Made by a program: the position numbers and the translations under genes. From a virus (Duplodnaviria > Caudoviricetes): a stretch of DNA of 64,000 nucleotides. The notes beneath the pieces were generated by a model. It was not told the origin of the DNA. It did no database searches and saw nothing but the letters and a program-made list of their open reading frames with translations. This document shows, one piece after another, positions 57,999 to 64,000 of this stretch. The stretch is taken from positions 1,909-65,908 of IMG/VR virus record IMGVR_UViG_3300020156_000026; one strand, 5' to 3'. The stretch's first letter is position 1. Each line of letters starts with the position of its first letter.

Positions 57999-58385
57999 TC
58001 ACTTGATAATCCTCGCGTCAGTCGGAATATCATCAGTAAAAGTGATTTCCAACTTTCCGACGATCTGACTCTTGTAATAACGGGCAGCAACCTCAGAATC
58101 TTTTATTATTCCCCACCCTTCTTTCCAAGATCTTCCTCCGATAATAGTAGCTACCTTCTTCTCGATGATAGGCTCATGATATTCATGCCAATTGACGCAA
58201 CTTTTCATATCCCACAGAAGTTCTTGCCCGACACGAACAAAACTTGTTGGATCTGGCAGGACGGTGTAAGTAACCACCATCTTCTCATCGCCTACCCAGA
58301 GAACCTTTATAGTCCTCTTGGTTTCGTTATTTCTGTATTCCTTACCAACTTCAAATGTCACCTTCGTCATCCCCATTTGTTTCAC
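57999..58385 (-). CDS. Hypothetical protein, paralogue of 60257..60628
   Basis: FEVGKEY...NWHEYHEP...VGKLEITFTDDIPTDARII. Confidence 0.7.
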   Translation of the reverse strand: MKQMGMTKVTFEVGKEYRNNETKRTIKVLWVGDEKMVVTYTVLPDPTSFVRVGQELLWDMKSCVNWHEYHEPIIEKKVATIIGGRSWKEGWGIIKDSEVAARYYKSQIVGKLEITFTDDIPTDARIIK

Positions 58386-58397
58386 AAATTCCAGTGT

Positions 58398-58661
58398 CTA
58401 GATGTCACTATCTAGATCACCCTCTTGTCCTGGCTCGTATGGTACGGAAGCCGTTGGATCTAGTTCATAATATCCACCCCAAGGAGGGGGTGCCCCCGGA
58501 ATAGGGCAATGCGCATGTGGTACAGCAGTCAACGGGGTTGTTGCAGCACCAAGTTTATGGACTTCAAGTGCAGCACCCCACGACGTGACGGCAACACATT
58601 TGTACTTAGTACCAATTGTACTATGACCACGAAACCGATACCATCGTCCAACCTTAAACAC
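58398..58661 (-). CDS. Tagged small protein 15 (ends YEPGQEGDLDSDI)
   Basis: FKVGRW start plus a variant tag. Confidence 0.72.
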   Translation of the reverse strand: MFKVGRWYRFRGHSTIGTKYKCVAVTSWGAALEVHKLGAATTPLTAVPHAHCPIPGAPPPWGGYYELDPTASVPYEPGQEGDLDSDI

Positions 58662-58801
58662 TAAGAAGACCCTTCTTCATAGCCTTCAAAGTAGCTTCAG
58701 CAAGGTTCCCCAAATCTTCAGGGAAAGCACAGATCACTTTGCTCCCCTGTTTGATGACATGCTTCTTCACAAGAGTATTAAACTCAATTGTGTATTCGTC
58801 A

Positions 58802-59113
58802 TTAGATGTCGTCATCTTGATCCCCATTCTGATCAGGTGAATAAGATTTCATCGGAAGGATTTGGTATATTCGGCCACCAGATTGCCTAAATGTTTTGTA
58901 AGAATACTTATATCCACCGGGTCTTGTAGTCTTACCAAGAGTGCGAGAATAGGTATCATACCACATATCCACGCAGAGCTGATCACCATTTTACCATAGA
59001 TGGTGATAAAACCCCGGCCATTCGTTAAGATACCCCCAATATTCCCCATCATGAAGATCATGCAAGGACATTGCAACGAAGGGGAGATTGTGAACCTTTT
59101 CAAAGGTTATCAT
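58802..59113 (-). pseudogene. Tagged small protein 16 (ends YSPDQNGDQDDDI), interrupted by an in-frame TAA
   Basis: ATG at 59113 overlaps the upstream stop (ATGA); 104 codons in one frame with TAA as codon 41 (58991-58993). Confidence 0.7.
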
Positions 59114-59328
59114 TCTACAACCCTCAAGATAGCTTTCATCTTCTGCTTAGCAGTTTCAAGCAACGGGAGTTTAGACCGATCATTTGCACGAAGCCAAGCA
59201 AGATGAGCCTTCACGTCACCTTCAGTGAGATAACCTGGAATGCGGCTGGACATGGGGGAGCCATCAGTGTCATGGTATGTGGCTACAGTAATTACCCCTT
59301 TATCCGTATTGTCATACGAAATGTTCAA
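59110..59328 (-). CDS. Hypothetical early protein
   Basis: RBS; tight packing. Confidence 0.6.
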   Translation of the reverse strand: MNISYDNTDKGVITVATYHDTDGSPMSSRIPGYLTEGDVKAHLAWLRANDRSKLPLLETAKQKMKAILRVVE

Positions 59329-59430
59329 ATCAACCCCTTAAAAAGAAAATGTGGCTGATCTTACTGGATCGACTTAGCCTGAGTATCTCTCATCTCAGGT
59401 ACCACTATTCCGCGAACCCGTTAGGGTTTG

Positions 59431-59787
59431 TTACATGATCCAGAAGCGGAGAATGTAACCCACCATCAGGATAAAGAGCGGCCCAATGAGAGCAACAAAC
59501 AGTCGCTTCATGGAGTCATCCACCTGTTTCTGTCCTGCATTGACCTTGAAAAAGATGATAGCCTTGATGAGCATAACACCCATCAGTTGAGCGATGGTCA
59601 GCACAGGTAGACCCAATGGGACCATGAACCACACCCAGAGGATACTGGCCACCCATGCCTGATAAATCAGAGCAAGAATAACGAATGGTAGTACCAAGAC
59701 ACTACCGGCAGCCATAGCAAACATGGACAGGATGAAGTAAACGGCACCCATGTTATGCAGCCTCCGCATATTCAGCTTGGGCTTCAA
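59431..59787 (-). CDS. Multi-TM membrane protein
   Basis: Hydrophobic throughout; LWVWFMVPLGLPVLTIAQ; real start probably at MGAVYF. Confidence 0.7.
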   Translation of the reverse strand: MKPKLNMRRLHNMGAVYFILSMFAMAAGSVLVLPFVILALIYQAWVASILWVWFMVPLGLPVLTIAQLMGVMLIKAIIFFKVNAGQKQVDDSMKRLFVALIGPLFILMVGYILRFWIM

Positions 59788-60034
59788 GCTCTTCCTTGTG
59801 AAGCTGCGCCATCCGTTCAGTCACGAATTGATGACAGGAAGCTTCGTATGATGCCGCCTGAAGAACAAGCAGATCAGCCCCTACTTCTGCACGACCCTTG
59901 GCAACAGCCTTGGAGACTGTCTCTTCGAAGATCGTCAGGTTACAGACGAGATCACCCGGACGACCCTTGACCGGACGAACAACTGCGAGTTTGAAACCTT
60001 GAGTCTGTGTCATTGTGCTATTCCTTTGTTGCAC
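59753..60034 (-). CDS. Hypothetical early protein
   Basis: AAGGA RBS before MTQTQ. Confidence 0.6.
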   Translation of the reverse strand: MQQRNSTMTQTQGFKLAVVRPVKGRPGDLVCNLTIFEETVSKAVAKGRAEVGADLLVLQAASYEASCHQFVTERMAQLHKEELEAQAEYAEAA

Positions 60035-60256
60035 TGGATGTAATTGACAAACAAAGGGTCCGTCCCCCGCCCGTTGATCCCCCGATCAACTACAATACCC
60101 GTAGGGTATAAGAGAACAGTCCCACTAGAAAAGATGAGTTATCCCCGATAAGGTATATCGGAGAATGGATTGTAGGTGTCCGGCATGATCGCTCTCACTT
60201 GAGAAGACCACCGATAGCCGTACATCTTTTTCGGAAAGATAGTCTTGAAGATCCGT

Positions 60257-60628
60257 TTAAATCTCTTCTTCATCACGGATCACCTTTGCATCAGTGAGAA
60301 CACCATCAGTGACAGTGAACTCAACGATACCAACTGTACTGTTAGTGTGTCTGCCGTCAATTCTTCCGGTAGAGATTGAAGTCCCTCGAAGATATACTTT
60401 TCGTTGGTCCTTCACCACAACAGGTGGATGATATTCCTTCCAATTGTCCCCAGAGAATTTCTCGTGATGAATCTTCCCGTTCTTGTCTTTCCAGACAGCG
60501 ATCATGCAATGGTATTCATTACCCACGAACGTATAGACACAATCGACGATTTGATCGTTAAGAGGGTGTTCGTATTGGCAATCAAAGATATACTGTTTTC
60601 CAACAGTAAATTCTGGACCCTTCACCAT
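60257..60628 (-). CDS. Hypothetical protein, paralogue of 57999..58385
   Basis: FTVGKQY...NWKEYHPP...VGIVEFTVTDGVLTDAKVI. Confidence 0.7.
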   Translation of the reverse strand: MVKGPEFTVGKQYIFDCQYEHPLNDQIVDCVYTFVGNEYHCMIAVWKDKNGKIHHEKFSGDNWKEYHPPVVVKDQRKVYLRGTSISTGRIDGRHTNSTVGIVEFTVTDGVLTDAKVIRDEEEI

Positions 60629-60945
60629 TGCATTGATCCTGGAGCTGTGTAGGCACCATCAGGGATAGAAGTCTTACCACCAGACATGGTAGCTTCACGA
60701 TCACGACGACGAATGTCCAGAGTCTTGGAAGCCTTGGCAAGATGACCCTTACGAGAAGGATTACGGGCACCAGCAATTGGCCCATCATTATCCCTACGGC
60801 GATGCAGACGGGTATGTCGTCCCGTAGGGTGAATAGAGATCTGTTTGTCTTCCTGATAACCACCAGAAACAGTGGTTTGCGTCAGGCAATTCAGGTGTGG
60901 ACCCTCCGGACCCACATAGTTTTCCTTGAAGATATTCTTAGTCAT
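60622..60945 (-). CDS. Basic hypothetical early protein
   Basis: GAGGG RBS; tight packing. Confidence 0.6.
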   Translation of the reverse strand: MTKNIFKENYVGPEGPHLNCLTQTTVSGGYQEDKQISIHPTGRHTRLHRRRDNDGPIAGARNPSRKGHLAKASKTLDIRRRDREATMSGGKTSIPDGAYTAPGSMQW

Positions 60946-60971
60946 TCCAGTCTTCCCTCTTTCAGATGAAA

Positions 60972-61247
60972 TTACCGCTTAGATGGTGCGAACAAATTCA
61001 CAGCACCACCTATGGTTAGGAGTATTCCAATTATCCATAGCATCATGCTGATCAGCAAATTTGGAATAGCGTACCACATAGGGTGATATCTCCACCCATC
61101 ATAGGTGTACATCAACCATCCCATACCATAGATGAGACTCAACCCCAGGATTATAAACCCTAGGCTAACAAACAATTTTTCCATTTCCGTTTCCTTACCC
61201 TGAAACTTCATAAACCATGTGGGTAGTATATTCATCCCTTCTAACAA
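60972..61247 (-). CDS. Two-TM membrane protein
   Basis: Hydrophobic; real start probably at MEKLF. Confidence 0.6.
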   Translation of the reverse strand: MLEGMNILPTWFMKFQGKETEMEKLFVSLGFIILGLSLIYGMGWLMYTYDGWRYHPMWYAIPNLLISMMLWIIGILLTIGGAVNLFAPSKR

Positions 61248-61527
61248 CCTTGAAGCCCCTCTTCTCGTAAAATTTCACGAGTCTATCGAGTGGCATCTTG
61301 TTCATACCGAACGGAGAGGCCGTCAGTTCCAGGTTTTTCCTAAGCTTACGAGCAAGACGCTTAGCCACAGTAAGTAGTTCAGTCCCCTTGCCTGAATTTC
61401 TGGCATGATGCTCAGTAATGAAAGAACTCAGATAAAGTGTCTTGCCAAAACTCAAATAGGCTGAAGTGACTTCATCAACGATGATATTACAACCCCAACG
61501 AGATCGCCGATCAATGCTATGTGCCAT
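61195..61527 (-). CDS. GNAT-family acetyltransferase
   Basis: Acetyl-CoA motif RNSGKGTELL and LVKFYEKRGF. Confidence 0.8.
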   Translation of the reverse strand: MAHSIDRRSRWGCNIIVDEVTSAYLSFGKTLYLSSFITEHHARNSGKGTELLTVAKRLARKLRKNLELTASPFGMNKMPLDRLVKFYEKRGFKVVRRDEYTTHMVYEVSG

Positions 61528-61540
61528 TTATTCAGTCCCC

Positions 61541-61576
61541 AAACAAAAACCCTCCAGCGGAATTACCAGAGGGTTC
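61541..61576 (-). terminator. Rho-independent terminator
   Basis: Minus strand reads ACCCTCTGG-loop-CTGGAGGGT then TTTTGTTT. Confidence 0.6.
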
Positions 61577-61968
61577 ATATTAAGGGAGAGGACTAGAGGG
61601 GTTTCGAGGGCTGGCCCTCTAGTCGATTATCTCAGCCATTGTACTTACATAATTCCTCCTACCCCACATGGGATCGGCTGGTTGAACTAATTGGTGACGG
61701 GATCACGTTTGCCCATCGGTCCTGTAGCTATGGGTTGTATCTGTTTCATCAGATTACAACTAAGGGATTGCGACAGTGTTACACCATATAGGTGACTGTA
61801 CCCTTATCCAAAATTTAATCTCTCTAAACTTTAGTGTGCCTAAACGGCTTCTAGGATCATAGCCCTAGTGCATCAAGTCACGGCGAATCTCTAGCCATGA
61901 TAGTTCTCCTGATTAAATAACCACTATAGCCTGCGCTGGCATAACATTAAAGTCAGTGGTTAATGGTA

Positions 61969-62211
61969 TTATCTGCGGTTTCGCAGAATCCTTTCAGCCT
62001 CAGCTTTTTTATTAGCTTCCGCTGCTGCTTCCTCCAATTCGGAGGGATCAACACCCGCCATAAGATACGTCCTTAAACGTTCTTCGATTAGCGAGTTTGC
62101 GTTTCGTGGGACGTCCCAATCTTCGTTGAAGAGTGCGATCCACAAACATCTCCTCATCGCGTCAATTTCACGAAGGGAGTATTTGCGTTCAACTAAAACA
62201 GTGGAAGACAT
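61969..62211 (-). CDS. Hypothetical early protein
   Basis: IEERLRTYLMAGVDPSEL. Confidence 0.6.
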   Translation of the reverse strand: MSSTVLVERKYSLREIDAMRRCLWIALFNEDWDVPRNANSLIEERLRTYLMAGVDPSELEEAAAEANKKAEAERILRNRR

Positions 62212-62387
62212 TGGACGTTTACACCCCTGAAATCCTGGAGTTCTTCAATGAGAACGTCCGAAAGCTGTTCTTGTGCATTCACACAAGTATCCATCGTGAC
62301 CTCATGTTTCACGACAGTTTCCCTGTAAGGATTACCTGCATATCCGCCCCCAAATTGGATCAGGATAATCATCAAAACCTTAGTCAT
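62193..62387 (-). CDS. Small secreted or membrane protein
   Basis: GGAGG RBS; hydrophobic N-terminus; two Cys. Confidence 0.55.
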   Translation of the reverse strand: MTKVLMIILIQFGGGYAGNPYRETVVKHEVTMDTCVNAQEQLSDVLIEELQDFRGVNVQCLPLF

Positions 62388-62388
62388 T

Positions 62389-62619
62389 TCACCCTCCGTA
62401 AGCTAGGACACCCCAACTGATGATTGCGACAAGGCCGATAAAGAACCAGCCCAAACGGTAATAGAACTGTATCATGCCAGTCCTCCTATGATGATATTGG
62501 GTAGAACTAGGTCCGATATCCCCGTAAATGGTAATCATTTCAGGTTCAAAATAGTCTCGGGTAATCATATACATACCCAGAGGTACTTTGATGGTAGGAT
62601 GTTCAATCCTTACACCCAT
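62389..62619 (-). CDS. Hypothetical protein with C-terminal TM helix
   Basis: AGGAGG RBS. Confidence 0.6.
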   Translation of the reverse strand: MGVRIEHPTIKVPLGMYMITRDYFEPEMITIYGDIGPSSTQYHHRRTGMIQFYYRLGWFFIGLVAIISWGVLAYGG

Positions 62620-63138
62620 TTCATCCTCCTATGAATATACATAGACAATCCCATTCCCAAACCCGAAAGGCGATAAGGGCAGGGAACTCCAGATTAGCCT
62701 CATGGTCCTAGGTTGCGGCGGAGGATACCATGATAGCACTTCTAGACTAGCACCGGGGGGAAGCTAGGGGATTGCCTGTATATACTCATTAAGGGTGTGG
62801 CTGCTGCTGACCCGAAAAAGGGGCACACATTTAACCCTACTGTTTCGTCCAGTGCAGGACGAGGGACGGGAAAACACTGGATCGCAAGGGCACCACGTAC
62901 CACATAAGCATAAACCCCCAGCCAATTAAGGCCAGGGGTACCAGTTGTTTCAACCGCCATTGAAAGTGTCAGTCTGCTGATGACAGGAAGCAATGATAAC
63001 TAGTATCGCTTCTTGCTACTTACATTCCTGGACTGACCTTGACCTAGAGAGCCAAGGAAAAAGAAGATTGCGAGTATCCAGAGAGGTGGGAAAAAGAACC
63101 CACCAATGAGGAAGATAAAGAAGAGAAGACCCATGATG

Positions 63139-63327
63139 TTACCTCTTTGCCATTGGACTATCAGCCATCATATAGCTGATGCCGTTTCGGGTTAATAGTC
63201 GCAGTTCTTGCCGTCCAACTCTCATGCTGAAACGGTCTTTCCCCGTCAATACGATTGCCCCACCCAAGAGATTAACCACACGTCGAAACTCCGACATGTT
63301 CACTAGAACATTCAATTCCATCTTCAT
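63139..63327 (-). CDS. Hypothetical early protein
   Basis: ORF on the sense strand of the early region. Confidence 0.5.
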   Translation of the reverse strand: MKMELNVLVNMSEFRRVVNLLGGAIVLTGKDRFSMRVGRQELRLLTRNGISYMMADSPMAKR

Positions 63328-63660
63328 ATCCCATCAGTTCTGGTTTCGTTGTCAGCCCTATTTCACCTTCCTTTAGTGTAACCCTCACATCACACCAATA
63401 GCCCCACCCTAGAATACACTAAGGTGAGGCTAGAATTGTGATATTGCTCATGGGGAAACCGTTATTAGTCCCTACGGTAAACAAGAGGCGGGTCGCTTTC
63501 GTGTGCCCTCTACGTATCAAGGGGATATGTTGTCCCTTGAATTCAGTTCAAGTGTTTGCTTGCAAGCTCTAATACAGGAAGCACAAGCGGACGTGTGAAC
63601 CAAACAGCAAGCAAAGCTACCATTGGCCACACAACGAGATTGATGACGATTTGAATTTCT

Positions 63661-63858
63661 TCACGCATCGAGACGCACCTGATCTGGCCCTACAAGAATA
63701 ACGTTGGCCACTGGTATAACCGATATGGGCACAATCTCGCCATTGTCGAAGCAGATATCGGCCCATGCTACAGCGGCTTCCCATGCCTCTTTACGGGTTG
63801 GGAATACCTGTTTTGAGGTCACAATTCGACCTAGGCTTTTAGTGGTGAACGTCCACAT
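63661..63858 (-). CDS. Hypothetical early protein
   Basis: FPTRKEAWEAA motif common in small phage proteins. Confidence 0.55.
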   Translation of the reverse strand: MWTFTTKSLGRIVTSKQVFPTRKEAWEAAVAWADICFDNGEIVPISVIPVANVILVGPDQVRLDA

Positions 63859-64000
63859 TGCTAGACCCCTACTTAACTACACGAAGGTAGATGTTAGAGG
63901 GGATGAAGTGATCGAAGTAGACCGTCAAGGCTTCCCAACAGTCATCCAATGACGGACCAATGAAGGATACAACGTCAATTGGATAATTGAGGCGTTGTTC

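Noticed and set aside
44570-58850. Recurrent ~40 bp DNA repeat (…CCATTCTG[AT]TCAGGTGAATA…) as a CRISPR array or integron attC array
   Set aside because: Spacing is irregular (about 0.2-2.6 kb), copies are in-frame gene ends with synonymous variation, there is no attC-like palindrome, and no cas or integrase gene is present.
58991-58993. Genome-wide stop-codon reassignment
   Set aside because: A single case only; TAA, TAG and TGA all terminate well-defined genes elsewhere.
58849-59103. 84 aa ORF in the track
   Set aside because: Alternative frame of the interrupted tagged gene 58802..59113, which has the coupled ATG and the conserved tag.
61580-63660. Intergenic hairpins in the early region as riboswitches or ncRNAs
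   Set aside because: No recognisable family consensus by eye; would need an Infernal/Rfam search.

Overview
Most of a lytic, podovirus-type dsDNA phage genome with two convergent halves. The + strand (about 1.8-27.8 kb) is the packaging, virion and lysis module: TerS-like protein, TerL, portal, a virion peptidoglycan hydrolase, scaffold, major capsid protein, tail tube A/B, two tail fibres, a GH19 endolysin and large internal virion proteins. The - strand (about 28-64 kb) holds nucleotide metabolism and replication genes (class II RNR, ThyX, glutaredoxin, MazG-like protein, family A DNA polymerase, primase-helicase, SSB, exo- and endonucleases) and many small early genes. No RNA polymerase, integrase, tRNA or CRISPR array was seen; promoters are sigma70-type. 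The architecture resembles SIO1/Cobavirus-like and phiEco32/LUZ24-like phages, and the endolysin suggests an alphaproteobacterial (Rhizobiales-like) host; both points are inference. The standout is 44.5-59.1 kb: a phiEco32-like amide-ligase cluster (ATP-grasp enzyme, two GS-fold COOH-NH2 ligases, two Ntn amidotransferases, a catalytically dead class I amidotransferase, two gamma-glutamyl cyclotransferases) interleaved with 16 small, otherwise dissimilar genes that all end in the same C-terminal tag, consensus YSP[ED]Q[NS]GDxD[DE]DI-stop. This is a candidate phage peptide-tagging or peptide-modification system.
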